A stretch of 64,000 bases of DNA from an uncultured Chloroflexia bacterium (GCA_963790955.1 CAWBQM010000001.1:262285-326284), one strand, 5' to 3'. Numbered from the stretch's first letter, positions 26,630-37,587 are shown. The notes: generated by a model not told the origin, from the letters alone. Translations and numbers: made by a program.

Positions 26630-26888
26630 TCGGCCGGCCCTCGTCCGGCGAGCTCGTGCCCATCCGAGATGACGCTGCCGAACGGCGGCGCGGTACTAAT
26701 GGGTACGCGAGCTGTTGGCCTCGAATCGACCGTTCTGTGCCGCACCTCACCGGAGCCGCCTCGCAGGGCGCGTCAGGCGCCGTCGCGGGCCGGTACCAAC
26801 GGGTGATACAGGCTTGGGCCGCCGACCGAGATAGTGATGGCGTCGCCGCAACGGTCCACGACCGATCACGGAGCGCACACGCAACGAG

Positions 26889-27446
26889 ATGACCAGCCAA
26901 AACGGTCGAGCTTTCAACGAATGGCTGCGAGCCCAGCTCAAGGCCAAGAAGATGTCCCAGCGACAGCTGGCGCAGCAGTCGGGCGTGGATCACTCCACGA
27001 TCTCCCGGCTCATTCGTGGCGATCGCATGCCGTCGCTCGGCACCGCCACCAAGCTGGCCCGCGGCCTGCGGGAGCTGCGTGACGACGCCGACACACCGGC
27101 CTATCTGGGCCTGGTCACCGCGCCGACCCAGAATCCCACGGCGCGCGTCGAGTACGCGCTGCGCTCGGACGAGATCCTGAGCGAGCCCCAGGTCCGCCAG
27201 ATCATGGAGTACTACCTGGCCGTGCGGATGCGGCGCTTCGGGCGCGCATTCCAGACCGGCGACACGTCCGATCGATCGGCTGCCGGCCGGATTCACGATG
27301 CCGGGCCCGTCTCCAACGGCGGTCTCGCGACGCACACCACACCGACCACGAATCGACCACCCATTCCGGCCGGCGCCGGCTCGTTCGGGCGTGTTGGCGC
27401 ACCGCGCTTCGGCGTCCGATCCACCAGGCCGCCGAACCGTTCCTAG
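26889..27446 (+). CDS. XRE-family HTH transcriptional regulator
   Basis: 'MSQRQLAQQSGVDHSTISRLIRGDRMPSLGTATKLA'. Confidence 0.88.
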   Translation: MTSQNGRAFNEWLRAQLKAKKMSQRQLAQQSGVDHSTISRLIRGDRMPSLGTATKLARGLRELRDDADTPAYLGLVTAPTQNPTARVEYALRSDEILSEPQVRQIMEYYLAVRMRRFGRAFQTGDTSDRSAAGRIHDAGPVSNGGLATHTTPTTNRPPIPAGAGSFGRVGAPRFGVRSTRPPNRS

Positions 27447-27494
27447 CATTCCAGGGCTGACTCGGCCGCCCTCCACGTCCGGGTCTCGGGGACA

Positions 27495-27526
27495 GCGAAC
27501 GCCGGCCTACGTTGGCCGGCGTTCGC
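27495..27526. terminator. 13-bp stem hairpin between convergent genes
   Basis: gcgaacgccggcc-tacgtt-ggccggcgttcgc. Confidence 0.65.
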
Positions 27527-27536
27527 ATATCCGGCG

Positions 27537-29215
27537 TCAGCTCCCCGCGTAGACCGACACGACCGTCCGGTCGGACAGATCGAAGCGGTCGACGAGCCGC
27601 CACCCGGCACCGGGCTGGGCAGGACCGCTACCCGGCGCGAGAGCGGCCACGGCGGCATCCTCGGCCGGTCCGCCACAGTCGGCCCCGATCGCGTCCCGGA
27701 AGACCCGGTCGCACGCGATCACCAGCGAGCCGGCGGCCGAGCCGGCGACCGGCACGACGCGCACGCCGTCGCGGGTGAGCGGGAAGCCGAGCGCGTCCGG
27801 CGGCTTTGCCTCCGGCAGGCTCAGAAGCGCCAGCGGCCCGTCGCCGCTCAGCCGGCTCTCGACACGAGACGCCGCCAGGCGTGCCGCCGGCCAGCCGCCG
27901 TCCGGTGATTCGAGCGGCGGCCAGGCCGCCGCGTTCAACGCGACGAGGGCGGCGACGACCGCGACCCCGAGCAGCCGCCGATCGGGTCGGCGTTCGAACG
28001 GAGCCGCCGACATGGCATCCGGCCGGCCTGGCCACAGCCTGGCCAGCCCGACACCGGCCACCACGACGATGAGCGGGTCGAGGAACGCGTGGTACTGGTC
28101 GACCGGCAGGGCCGCGACCACGGTCGTGAGCCCGGGCGCCCCCACGACGAGGACGGCCACCGAAACGGTCAGCACGAACAGGAAGCCGCGCATGAACACG
28201 CGCACGCGCGACCCGCCGCCGAGCGCTCCCCAGAGCGCCAGCGATCCGACGAGGAGCGCTGCCAGCAGCGCGGGCAGGGGCGCCGTGGGGCCCGACGTGA
28301 CAAGGCCGGTGAGCGGCCACGATAGAGCCCGCACGAGCACGAGCAGCACGTGAACCGGCAGGTTCAGGCCGCTCGAGCCGCCGTCGGTCGCCGTCCCGCC
28401 ACCCGTCAGGAACGTCACCGCGGCGCGCGCCTCGGAGAAGTCGTGCCCGAGGTCGTACGCGAGCAGCGGCGCGTACGACAGCGCAACGACCACGACGCAG
28501 CCGAGCCCGATCAGCGCCAGCCGCCTGCGCCGCGCTCCGCGGGCCGAGCCGCCTCGCAGCATGTCCGCCGCGAACCAGCCGGCCAGGCCGACGAGCAGCG
28601 CGGCGCCCAGGACGTGGCACTGCGCGACGACGGCCCCGGCGGCGGCCGCCCCGAGCCACCAGCGGCCCCGGCCGCTCGACCACGCGTGCCAGGCGAACGC
28701 GATCGCAAGGGCCGCGGGCAGCGCGACGAATTCGGGTTCCAGATGAACGTCGACTCGCCGATGGCCGACGCGGACACGGCCAGCAGCAGTCCCGCGATCG
28801 CGCCCGCGATCGGGCCGCCGACCGAACGGGCCAGCCACCACACGGGCACGACCGCCAGCGCACCGGCCAGCGCGATCTCGGCGACGACCGCGCTGGGATC
28901 GGCGGAGGACAGGAACGCGGCCGGCGCGAGGAGCCAGTAGTACAACGCGCCGTGGTGGAAGCCGCCGATCGAGGTCTGCGGCCCGAGCAGCGGGATCCGT
29001 CCGTCTCGGACCCACGCCAGCAATGTCAGCATCTCGGTGCCCTGGTCGGCGTCCCACTGACCGCGGGCGGGCAGGTTCACGAGGCGCAACAGGACGGCGA
29101 GCGCCACGAGCCCGAGCGGCACCAGCCATGCCCGGCCGACGGCGAGCTCGCGCGCCGGGAGTGCCGACCACGGCCGCGTTCGCTCGGTCGCTGGGCCGGG
29201 CCCGGCCAGGCTCAT
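27537..29215 (-). CDS. ArnT/PMT-like GT-C membrane glycosyltransferase, frameshifted
   Basis: 'WDADQG', 'PLLGPQTSIGGFHHGALYYWLLAP', 'STFIWNPN', 'QCHVLG'; many TM helices. Confidence 0.78.
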
Positions 29216-30261
29216 TGCCGGGACGCGCTCCCCTCGGCCCGCCCGGCGACGGCGGCATCGCCCCGATCGGTAGCATCGACCCGCTCCTCGGGCGGCGGTC
29301 CGGGCGGCGGCCCGGTGCGCGCCCGGGCAGACGGTAGCGAGAAGGCGCCCGGCGGGAGCGTCGGCAGCGGCCGACCTGCGACGAGGTCCCGCGCCCGGTC
29401 CAGGTTCACCGCGTCGTAGCCCTCGCCCATGCCCGGCGTCTCGAGCATGAACGGGACGTGGCCGAGCGCCGGATGCACCAGGAACGCGCGCAACCCCGCC
29501 GCGCCGATCCTGCCCGCGGCCAGATGCTCGTGCCGGTCCTGATGCGAGCCTCGCTCGGAGCGTGTGTCGTTGAGGTGGATGAGGGCCAGGCGCTCGAGGC
29601 CGATACGGGCGTCGAACTCGGCCACCAGCGCGTCGACGCCGAGCGGGTCGTCGACCGGGTAGCCCGCGCCCCACAGGTGGGCGATGTCGAGGCAGAACGC
29701 GATCCGAGCCAGGTCGAGGCCGCGCTCGCGGGCCCGCTCCTGGATCGCCTGCAATTGCTCGAGCGTGACACCCAGCCCGTACCCGCTTCCGGCCGAGTTC
29801 TCGAGCACGACTCGTGGGCCACCGTCGGCCGGAACACGGACGTCGTCGGCCAGGGCGAACGCGAGGATCAGCCCGTCGATGAGCCGGTCGATCCCGGTCT
29901 CGGCTCCGGCTCCCCGGTGCGACCCGATGTGGACGTTCACGAGGCGGGCGCCGTACGCGTCGGCGGTCCGAAGCTCGTGCGCCATGAGCTGGACCGAACG
30001 CTCGAAGAACAGCGGGTCACCACCGGCGAGGTTGACGAGGTAGGCGGCGTGGATCACGAGCGGCTCGATCCCGAGCTCGGTCAGGCGAGCGCGGAAGGAG
30101 GGCAGCTCGGGCGGGAGCGCGGCCCTGCGTCGCCAGGCCGTCGGGTTGTCGCTGAAGATCTGGATCGCGTCGGCCCCGATGGCCGCGGCACGATCGGCGG
30201 CCTTGACCATGCCGGTGCCGAGGGGCAGGTGGGCACCGAGCCGGCGGCCGTCGGGAAGCAT
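29212..30261 (-). CDS. nfo: Endonuclease IV (AP endonuclease 2 family)
   Basis: 'GAHL', 'QIFSDNP', 'HAAYLVN', 'HIGS', 'ENSAG', 'CLDIAH', 'HLNDT', 'DRHEH', 'LETP'. Confidence 0.92.
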   Translation of the reverse strand: MLPDGRRLGAHLPLGTGMVKAADRAAAIGADAIQIFSDNPTAWRRRAALPPELPSFRARLTELGIEPLVIHAAYLVNLAGGDPLFFERSVQLMAHELRTADAYGARLVNVHIGSHRGAGAETGIDRLIDGLILAFALADDVRVPADGGPRVVLENSAGSGYGLGVTLEQLQAIQERARERGLDLARIAFCLDIAHLWGAGYPVDDPLGVDALVAEFDARIGLERLALIHLNDTRSERGSHQDRHEHLAAGRIGAAGLRAFLVHPALGHVPFMLETPGMGEGYDAVNLDRARDLVAGRPLPTLPPGAFSLPSARARTGPPPGPPPEERVDATDRGDAAVAGRAEGSASRQ

Positions 30262-30287
30262 GTGGCCATCCTAGCGGACCCACGCCC

Positions 30288-30319
30288 GATTTGACGGTCA
30301 TCAAATCGGACCCTACGAT
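30288..30319 (+). promoter_or_regulatory. Sigma70 promoter overlapped by a palindromic operator (probable ArsR autoregulation)
   Basis: TTGACG (30291) - 17 nt - TACGAT (30314). Palindrome gatttga-N6-tcaaatc (30288-30307) overlaps the -35. GTG lies 7 nt after the -10. Confidence 0.75.
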
Positions 30320-30326
30320 CGACGGC

Positions 30327-30947
30327 GTGGATCCCGAGCTGCTGGCCGTGCTCAAGGCCCTGTCCGACGCGTCCCGATTGCGGATCGTCGGACTGCTCGG
30401 CGAACGCGCCTATTCGGTCGAAGAGCTCGCGGCTGCGGTCGGCATCTCGCCGCCGACGGTCGTGCATCACCTGAAGCGCCTGCGATCGGCCGGGCTCGTC
30501 AATTCCACGCCTGACCCGCCGTACGTGCGCTATTCGCTCCGGCTGGAGCGGCTCCACGACGTCGGCCGGCGCCTGGGCGAGCTCGAGCGCGAGACGAGCA
30601 CACGGCCCGTGCGCGGCGTCGGGGCCGAAGCGGGCAAGGCCGCCGGCGGCGTGGCCCGTGACGCCGGCGATGACAAGATCCTGCACGCGTTCGTGGTCGA
30701 CGGGCGTCTGGCCTCGATCCCGGCCCAGGACCGCAAGCGCCAGGTCATTCTGCGTTGGCTCCTCGAGCGCGTCTTCGACGAGCCGCGCGAGTATCCCGAG
30801 CGCGAGGTCAACGACCGGCTCCGGGCGTACCACGAGGACGTCGCCTCGCTCCGGCGCTACCTGGTCGAGGCCGGCTTCGTCACGCGCCAGCGCGGCGTCT
30901 ACCGTCGTGCCGAGATGGCACAAGCGGCGGTTGCGCCAGAGGGCTGA
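30327..30947 (+). CDS. ArsR/SmtB regulator fused to DUF2087
   Basis: 'LKALSDASRLRIVGLL', 'TVVHHLKRLRSAGLV' plus DUF2087 'YPEREVNDRL...HEDVASLRRYLVEAG'. Confidence 0.87.
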   Translation: MDPELLAVLKALSDASRLRIVGLLGERAYSVEELAAAVGISPPTVVHHLKRLRSAGLVNSTPDPPYVRYSLRLERLHDVGRRLGELERETSTRPVRGVGAEAGKAAGGVARDAGDDKILHAFVVDGRLASIPAQDRKRQVILRWLLERVFDEPREYPEREVNDRLRAYHEDVASLRRYLVEAGFVTRQRGVYRRAEMAQAAVAPEG

Positions 30948-30961
30948 GCCCGCCGCGACGG

Positions 30962-31378
30962 TCAGCCCAGGCTGCCCGGCGGTGCGGCCCAGCGGACCGA
31001 CTGTCCCGTGATCGACGCGATCAACTCGTAGTCGGCGTCGTAGTGGACGACCGTCAGGTCGTGGCGGGCAGCAACCGATGCGGTCAGGAGATCCTGGTGC
31101 CCGACACGCCGCTGCTGCGGACCGCCATCGCGACGCAGCAACTCTCGCCATATCCGCCGGCCTTCATCCCAGTCCTGCGGCTCGACGCGATAGAGGCTGC
31201 AACCGGACAGGTCGTCCTCGATGCTGGCGTAGTCCGCGGCGTCGCGGGCGCTGTAGAGCAGCTCCATCACGATCATGTCGGTCACGCCCACGAGGCCGGC
31301 GAGGAACCGGAGCTCGAACTCCGGGAGCTCGGACTTGTGCGCCCAGACGGATGTGTCAGCGACCTCGAGCGTCAACAT
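30962..31378 (-). CDS. vapC: VapC-type PIN domain toxin
   Basis: 'ADTSVW', 'MELL', 'QDLLTASVA', 'HYDADY' supply the PIN acidic residues. Confidence 0.85.
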   Translation of the reverse strand: MLTLEVADTSVWAHKSELPEFELRFLAGLVGVTDMIVMELLYSARDAADYASIEDDLSGCSLYRVEPQDWDEGRRIWRELLRRDGGPQQRRVGHQDLLTASVAARHDLTVVHYDADYELIASITGQSVRWAAPPGSLG

Positions 31379-31616
31379 CGGCACGTGCAGCGGCCGTTTC
31401 ATCGGGCTGCGAGAGGAACGCTCGCGGCGCTCGCATCTCGTGAAAAAGACCCTTCAGATTGCTCCAATCGCGGGCCATCAGGCGGGCGCGCGCCTGCCGG
31501 GCAACAGCCTCCCGCAGGGCTGCATGGATCGTGTCGGTCGTCCGGCTCGTACCAAGCGCCGCCGCGGCCTCGGCGAGAAGGTCGCGATCCAGGTCGAGGG
31601 TAGTGTGCGTCTTCAT
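31356..31616 (-). CDS. vapB: VapB (DUF2191-type) antitoxin
   Basis: 'TTLDLDRDLLAEAAAALGTSRTTDTIHAALRE'; overlaps the PIN gene. Confidence 0.82.
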   Translation of the reverse strand: MKTHTTLDLDRDLLAEAAAALGTSRTTDTIHAALREAVARQARARLMARDWSNLKGLFHEMRAPRAFLSQPDETAAARADVDARGR

Positions 31617-31667
31617 TTGCTCATCCCGCGTGGATACGAGCATTTCGACTGCGTGACCATGTAGCCT

Positions 31668-31695
31668 ACTTTACGCAGAGGCGCCTATGCGTCAA
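31668..31695 (-). promoter_or_regulatory. vapBC promoter with overlapping palindrome
   Basis: TTGACG - 16 nt - TAAAGT on the minus strand, spanned by the dyad acgca-N-aggcgcct-N-tgcgt. Confidence 0.6.
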
Positions 31696-31812
31696 GCATC
31701 ATTGCCCAAACGCTACCCCGCCTTATCCTTCACTCGACCTGTCGGGCGCGGTGCGCCCGGCGCCAGCCGGCGATGAACTGCGACGACACGATAGCCGAAT
31801 TCGGGGCCCTGA

Positions 31813-32439
31813 TCAGCGCGTGCCGACCGTTACCGCCTTGCCGCCCTTGCGGCGCCCGTTGCCCGCCTCGCGGCCGACCGTGTAGCCGCCGCCGAGGATC
31901 GGCTCGATCAGCCCATAGTCGCCGTCGCGGCGCCGGTACAGCACGGCCATCCGCTCGTTCTCGGCGTTGACGAAGATGAAGAACGCGTGCCCGAGCTCCT
32001 CCATGCGTGCCCGGGCATCTTCCTCGAACATCGGCTCGATCGCGAAGCGCTTCGTCTTTACCACGCCGGGCTCGCGACCCGGCTCGGCCGTTCCGTCCGC
32101 GAGCGATCGCAGGAGGCGTTTCTCCTCCTCGGGGCGGTGACGAACGCGCGGGCGCTCCTTCCAATCGACGGCCTGGCGCTCCACGCGGTCGATCACGACG
32201 TCGATCGCGGCCTGGTACGTGGGGCCGGCGGCGTGGCTCCGGATCGCCTGGCCGTGCACGACCAGGGTCACGTCGGCCATGTGCGCGTCGACCGCGCTCC
32301 GGTGCTGCTCATTGGCCAGCTCGACGACGGCATCGCTGTTCTCGTCGAGCAGGCGCTCGAGCCGCCCCAGCTTGCGCTCGGCGTAGCGCCGCACGCGGTC
32401 GGGGACCTCGATGTTCTTGCCCTTGACGATCGTCCTCAC
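31813..32439 (-). CDS. hpf: Ribosome hibernation promoting factor (long HPF/RaiA)
   Basis: 'IVKGKNIEVPDRVRRYAERKL', 'AAIDVVIDRVERQ', 'VVKTKRF...PM...EEDA...MEELGHAFFIF'. Confidence 0.93.
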   Translation of the reverse strand: MRTIVKGKNIEVPDRVRRYAERKLGRLERLLDENSDAVVELANEQHRSAVDAHMADVTLVVHGQAIRSHAAGPTYQAAIDVVIDRVERQAVDWKERPRVRHRPEEEKRLLRSLADGTAEPGREPGVVKTKRFAIEPMFEEDARARMEELGHAFFIFVNAENERMAVLYRRRDGDYGLIEPILGGGYTVGREAGNGRRKGGKAVTVGTR

Positions 32440-32627
32440 GGCGAACCTCCGGGGCGTTCCGAGCGCGTGACCGGACGGGTCCGCCGGGCGCGCTTCGAGT
32501 AGACGATAGGGCCCGTCAACACCAGCCCGAGTATAGTCCCGGGTCGGCCGTCGCCCCAGCTGCCGGAGGTCCCGATCGCCTCGGCAGAAAGCTCCCGGAA
32601 GGTGACCACGCACGGCCCGGCTCGCCC

Positions 32628-33299
32628 TCATCGCTCCCGGGCGACGGTGATCGCGGACACCGCCAGGGCGCCCGCCGCGCGGAGCGCCTCCGCGCAGGCG
32701 GCGAGGGTCGCGCCGGTCGTCACGACGTCGTCGACGAGCACGATCCACCGGTCGCGGACCGCGTCGACCGGCACGCCGGCACGGAGCCCGAAGGCGCCGG
32801 TCACATTCGAGGCCCTCGCCTCGCGGTCGAGCTCGAACTGGGCGATCGTGGAGCGGCGACGCTCGAGCAGGCGCACGGCCGGCAGCCCGAGCCGCGCGGC
32901 CGCCGCGACGGCCAGAAGCTCGGCCTGATCGAAGCCGCGCAACCGTGCCCGTTCGGCGTGGACGGGTACCGGGGCGAGCCGCGAGCCGCCGGCGCCGGCA
33001 CGCGACCAGCGTCGCGCGATCGCCGCTCCAAGCGGGCCGGCAAGTCGCTGCTCACCGTCGTACTTCAGGTGATGCAGGGCCGCGCGGACGGCGCCGTCGA
33101 ACGGGGCGCACCACTCGAGCTGGACGAGCGGCGCGGGCATGTCCGACGGCAGCCCGATCGGCGTTCCGGGCGCACGCGACAGCCGCGCGTCGAGCGCGGG
33201 CTCGCAGTCGGCGCACAGCGGCGGGCCCTCTCGACCGCAGCCCGGGCACATCGCCGGCAGGGCCAGGTCGAGCACCCGCCCGATCGTCTGTCGCAGCAC
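32628..33299 (-). CDS. comF: ComF family protein (Zn ribbon plus PRTase)
   Basis: 'CPGCG...LCADC', 'HHLKY', 'PVPVH...RLRGFDQA', 'LVDDVVTTGATL'. Confidence 0.9.
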   Translation of the reverse strand: MLRQTIGRVLDLALPAMCPGCGREGPPLCADCEPALDARLSRAPGTPIGLPSDMPAPLVQLEWCAPFDGAVRAALHHLKYDGEQRLAGPLGAAIARRWSRAGAGGSRLAPVPVHAERARLRGFDQAELLAVAAAARLGLPAVRLLERRRSTIAQFELDREARASNVTGAFGLRAGVPVDAVRDRWIVLVDDVVTTGATLAACAEALRAAGALAVSAITVARER

Positions 33300-33733
33300 G
33301 GGCCCAGTGTCTGGCGGGCCGCTGCACGCGGCCTTATCCGGGATCCACCGCCATCGGCCGGCCTGCGTCGGCATGGCCTGGTCCGGGGCGACCCGGGAGC
33401 GCGCGCGCCGGCCCTTGCATGGCTGGCCGGGGCCTGGAGCGTGCGAATGTCCGCGCTACCAGCCACCCATGTGCAATGGAACTCGTGGCGCGGTTCCGCC
33501 GGCCCGCACATCCTTGCTCGTCCGTCCTACCAGCCAGCGATGTGGTATCGCCCCTGAAGCCCGGCCTCGAGCCGCCGATGAGGGTCGCCGGAGGATCACT
33601 TGGCCGGAGTACCAGCGTGGCTGGTAAATCGGCGTAGCCGCGAACGCCATGCCCCGGGGCCCCGCCATGCCCGGGCGTCCGCGCCCATACGCCGAGCCCG
33701 CGCCCATGCCCCGGGGGCCGCGCCCACGTTAGC

Positions 33734-34138
33734 TTATCGGGCGCTCACCGCCGGGTTGATCGGCTCCAGCACGATGCGATCCCCAACGTGGGTCCGCGTC
33801 GCGGCGATCGTCCCGACCGGGAGCTCGAGACAGCCGTGCGCCCGACGCACGAGCGGCACCAGGCCGCGCCACGCGGGCAGCGCTTCACGCACGGCAACGA
33901 CCTCGCGCGAGCCGTCGGCGCCGTCCGCCCGACCGACGAACACGACGTCGATCGGGAAGCGCATGAACATCATGTGGATGCCGTTCGAGTCGGGCAGCCA
34001 CAGACCGTGGCCGGCGGGCAGCGTCGGCCGGCCCATCAGGCCCATGAACTTGGCCCACAGCGACGCGCCGTTCTCGACCCGCCCGGCGAGCTCCGTCGCG
34101 CGGGTCAGGTTGCGCGCCCGCAGCGACGGCTCAGCCAC
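33734..34138 (-). CDS. DUF192 family protein
   Basis: 'AKFMGLMGR', 'IHMMFMRFPIDVVF', 'LELPVG'. Confidence 0.88.
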   Translation of the reverse strand: MAEPSLRARNLTRATELAGRVENGASLWAKFMGLMGRPTLPAGHGLWLPDSNGIHMMFMRFPIDVVFVGRADGADGSREVVAVREALPAWRGLVPLVRRAHGCLELPVGTIAATRTHVGDRIVLEPINPAVSAR

Positions 34139-34175
34139 CCCTACCGGCGCCCTCGACGAGGTCTTGGTACGTGCC

Positions 34176-35111
34176 TCAGACCTTGAGGTTCTTGACGATC
34201 AGGATGATGGCCGGGCCGAGGATGACGATGAACAGCGACGGGAAGATGCAGCCGACGAGCGGGAACAGCATCTTGATCGGCGCCTTCGCCGCCTGCTCCT
34301 CGGCGCGCTGGCGGCGCTCGATGCGGAGCTGCTCGGACTGGACCTGGAGCACCTTGCTGATCGAGACGCCGAGCTGCTCGGCCTGGATGATCGCGCCGAT
34401 GAAGTTCGTGAGGGCGGGCACCTCGGTGCGCGCGACGATGTCCCGCAGCGCCTCGCGCCGGGCCTTGCCGACCCGCACCTCGGCCAGCGCGCGCCGGAAC
34501 TCCTCGGTCAGCGGTCCCTTGAGCTTCTCGACGACCTTGGCCAGGGCGGCGTCGAAGCCGAGGCCGGCGCGCACGGAGATCGTGAGCAGGTCGAGCGAGT
34601 CCGGGACCATGAGCAGGATCAGGTGCTGGCGCTTGCGGACCCGACCGCCGAGCCAGAACTCCGGGACGGTGTAGCCGAGCATGAGCCCGACGGCGGCCAT
34701 GACGATGCCGATCGTCGGGGGCAGGCCGAGCACGCCGACCACCACGAACAGGAAGAAGAACAGCAGTCCACCGACGACCGCGCCGACGGCCTTGATGCCC
34801 AGCCAGTCGCTGACGCGCATGTCGCCCGGATTGCCGGCGAGCGCGAGTCGCTTCTCGGTCCGCTCCGCGAACGACTGGCTCGTGACGCGTGACACCGTGC
34901 CCGACAGGCGCGCAGCGAGGGGCTTGAGCGTGCGCTCGACGAACGGCGCCTGGAGCTCGAGCTCCTCGAGGTTGCGGGCCTGCATCGACCCGAGCTGACT
35001 CAGGCGCTGCTGGACGGGATCCTGCGGCGAGCTGCCGGAGAGCGACAGGAAGATCAGCAGGATCGCTCCCGCCGCGACGGCCGCGACGAGGATCGGTAGA
35101 AGGTTCTCCAT
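34176..35111 (-). CDS. tadC: Tad pilus platform protein TadC (T2SS F domain)
   Basis: 'PDSLDLLTISVRAGLGFDAAL', 'QAEQLG', 'RRQRAEEQAAKAPIKMLFPL'. Confidence 0.92.
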   Translation of the reverse strand: MENLLPILVAAVAAGAILLIFLSLSGSSPQDPVQQRLSQLGSMQARNLEELELQAPFVERTLKPLAARLSGTVSRVTSQSFAERTEKRLALAGNPGDMRVSDWLGIKAVGAVVGGLLFFFLFVVVGVLGLPPTIGIVMAAVGLMLGYTVPEFWLGGRVRKRQHLILLMVPDSLDLLTISVRAGLGFDAALAKVVEKLKGPLTEEFRRALAEVRVGKARREALRDIVARTEVPALTNFIGAIIQAEQLGVSISKVLQVQSEQLRIERRQRAEEQAAKAPIKMLFPLVGCIFPSLFIVILGPAIILIVKNLKV

Positions 35112-35115
35112 CGGG

Positions 35116-36130
35116 CTAGACCTCGATGTCCACGATCTTGCGGATGAGCATGAAGCCGACGAACATCGCGAAGCCGCCGAAGGCCAGGATGATGATGCCG
35201 GCGGGCAGCCCGCCGATGCTCACCGCGTTGTCGAACATGGGCGCCATGAAGTTGGGTGCGGCGATGAACAGGAACCCGGCCAGGCCGAAGGGCAGCAGGG
35301 CGACCACGTAGCCCGACAGGCGCTGCTGTGCGGTGAGCGTGCGGATCTCGCCCTTGATCCGGACCCGTTCGCGGATGGTGTACGCGATCGAGTCGAGGAT
35401 CTCGGCCAGGTTGCCGCCGACGGTGTGCTGGATGGCGATGGCCGTGGCCATGAGCTCGAGGTCATCCGAGCGGACGCGCCGGACCATGTTCTCGAGCGCG
35501 GTCTCGAACGGCAGGCCCAGGTTCACCTCGCGGATGACGCGGCCGAACTCGGTCGAGACCGGTGGCCGCGACTCGCGCACGACCATCTCGATGGCCTGCA
35601 GGAAGGACGAGCCCGCGCGCAGGGCGTTGGCGATGAGCGTGATCGTGTCCGGCAGCTGCCTTGTTGAACGCATTGAGCCGGGCGCTCTTGCGGCGACCCA
35701 GCCAGAAGCGCGGCAGCATGAAGCCGATGAGTGCGCCGACGAGCCAGATGAGCGGGCTGCTGAATGCGGAGATGACGAAGCCCAGGATGAAGAACAGGAC
35801 CGGGATGCCGACGGTGGCTCCCGCCCAGATCATGAGGTACTCGCTGACCTTGAGCTTGAGATCGGCCCGGGCGAGCTCACGGGCCAGGTTGGCTCCGAAG
35901 TCGCGGCCCTCGACGACCCTGTTCAGGTTGGCCAGGGCCTGGCTCTGGGCGATGAGGTCGCTGATCGGGCCCTGGCTCGCGCCCGCGGCCGCGGCGGCCT
36001 CGGGCTTGCCGGACGCGTAGCGCTCGAGGCGGGCGCTGATCCCCGAGCCGGAGCCGGCCGTGGCGATCCCGACGGCGATCAGCAGGATCGCGAGGGCGGC
36101 GATGCCTGCGATGATGATCGTTGGGTTCAT
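35116..36130 (-). CDS. tadB: Tad pilus platform protein TadB, frameshifted
   Basis: '[18 protein letters not shown]', 'VGGNLAEIL', 'LTAQQRLSG'. Confidence 0.92.
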
Positions 36131-36151
36131 GGCGCGTCTCCCACCGGGGCC

Positions 36152-37552
36152 TCAGTACGAGAAGCCGAAGAGGCCGGGCGGCAGGTGGATGCCCATGACC
36201 TCGAACTTCTCGACGAACTTCGGCCGGATGCCGGTCGGCTTGAGCCGACCCTGGATCTTGCCTTCGATGACGCCCGTCTGCTCGAAGACGAACACATCCT
36301 GCATCACGATGACGTCACCTTCCATGCCCTGGACCTCGGTGATGTTCGTGATCCGCCGGGTGCCGTCCTTGAGGCGGGCCTGGTGGACGATGAGGTCGAC
36401 GGCCGAGGCGACCTGCTCGCGAATGGCGCGCAGCGGCAGGTCGACGCCGGCCATGAGGACCATGGTCTCGAGACGGGACAGCATGTCCCGCGGGCTGTTG
36501 GCGTGGCCTGTCGACATCGAGCCGTCGTGGCCCGTGTTCATGGCCTGAAGCATGTCCAGCGCCTCGCCCGAACGGCACTCGCCGACGATGATGCGATCGG
36601 GCCGCATGCGCAGCGCGTTGCGCACCAGCTCCCGGATCGGGATGGCGCCCTTGCCCTCGATGTTCGGCGGTCGCGACTCGAGCGTCACGACGTGCTCCTG
36701 GCGGAGCTGGAGCTCGGCCGCGTCCTCGATCGTCACGATGCGCTCGTCGTTCGGGATGAACGACGACAGGACGTTGAGGGTCGTGGTCTTGCCCGAGCCG
36801 GTGCCGCCGGACACGAACAGGTTGAGCCTCGCCTCGACGCAGGCCTTGAGGAAATCGAACATGTCGGGCGTCGCGGTGCCGAACCGGATGAGGTCGTCGG
36901 TCGTGTACGGCGAGGCGGCGAACTTCCGGATCGTGATGACCGGGCCAACGAGCGACAGGGGCGGAATGATCGCATTGACGCGCGAGCCGTCGGTCAGTCG
37001 GGCGTCGACCATCGGTGACGACTCGTCCACGCGCCGGCCGATCGGGGCGATGATCCGATCGATGATGCGCATGACGTGGTCGTCGTTCTGGAAGACGACG
37101 TTGGTGAGCTCGAGCTTGCCGGAGCGCTCGATGTAGACCTGGCGGGGGCCGTTGACCATGACCTCGGTGATGCTCTCGTCGCGCAGGAGCGGCTCGAGCG
37201 GGCCCAGGCCGATGATCTCGTCGGTGATCTGCTCCAGCATCCGGACCCGCTCGGCACGGGTCAGGGCGAGGCCTTCCTCGTCGATGACCTTGCCGAAGAT
37301 CTCCTCGATCTGGCGCCGGACCTCGACCTGGTTGGACAGGTCGAGCTTCGGGTCGAGATCCTGGATCACCCGGTTCTGGATCCGGAACTTCACGTCACGG
37401 AAGGATTCCCGGACCGGCGCCGAGCTCATGAGCCGCGGCGCCGCCGGTGCCACACCACCACCGGACGGCGGCGGAACGGCCGGTACGCCGGGCGAAGCCG
37501 GTCCCGGTGCGGCGCCTGGCCGCGCGCTTTCGATTCGCTTGAGCAGGGACAT
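36152..37552 (-). CDS. tadA: CpaF/TadA pilus assembly ATPase
   Basis: 'GLGPLEPLL', 'GGTGSGKTT', 'TIEDAAEL', '[11 protein letters not shown]', 'AMNTGHDGS'. Confidence 0.96.
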   Translation of the reverse strand: MSLLKRIESARPGAAPGPASPGVPAVPPPSGGGVAPAAPRLMSSAPVRESFRDVKFRIQNRVIQDLDPKLDLSNQVEVRRQIEEIFGKVIDEEGLALTRAERVRMLEQITDEIIGLGPLEPLLRDESITEVMVNGPRQVYIERSGKLELTNVVFQNDDHVMRIIDRIIAPIGRRVDESSPMVDARLTDGSRVNAIIPPLSLVGPVITIRKFAASPYTTDDLIRFGTATPDMFDFLKACVEARLNLFVSGGTGSGKTTTLNVLSSFIPNDERIVTIEDAAELQLRQEHVVTLESRPPNIEGKGAIPIRELVRNALRMRPDRIIVGECRSGEALDMLQAMNTGHDGSMSTGHANSPRDMLSRLETMVLMAGVDLPLRAIREQVASAVDLIVHQARLKDGTRRITNITEVQGMEGDVIVMQDVFVFEQTGVIEGKIQGRLKPTGIRPKFVEKFEVMGIHLPPGLFGFSY

Positions 37553-37587
37553 CGCCTACACCCCTTCAGGCCCCGAGGGGCTCACTG

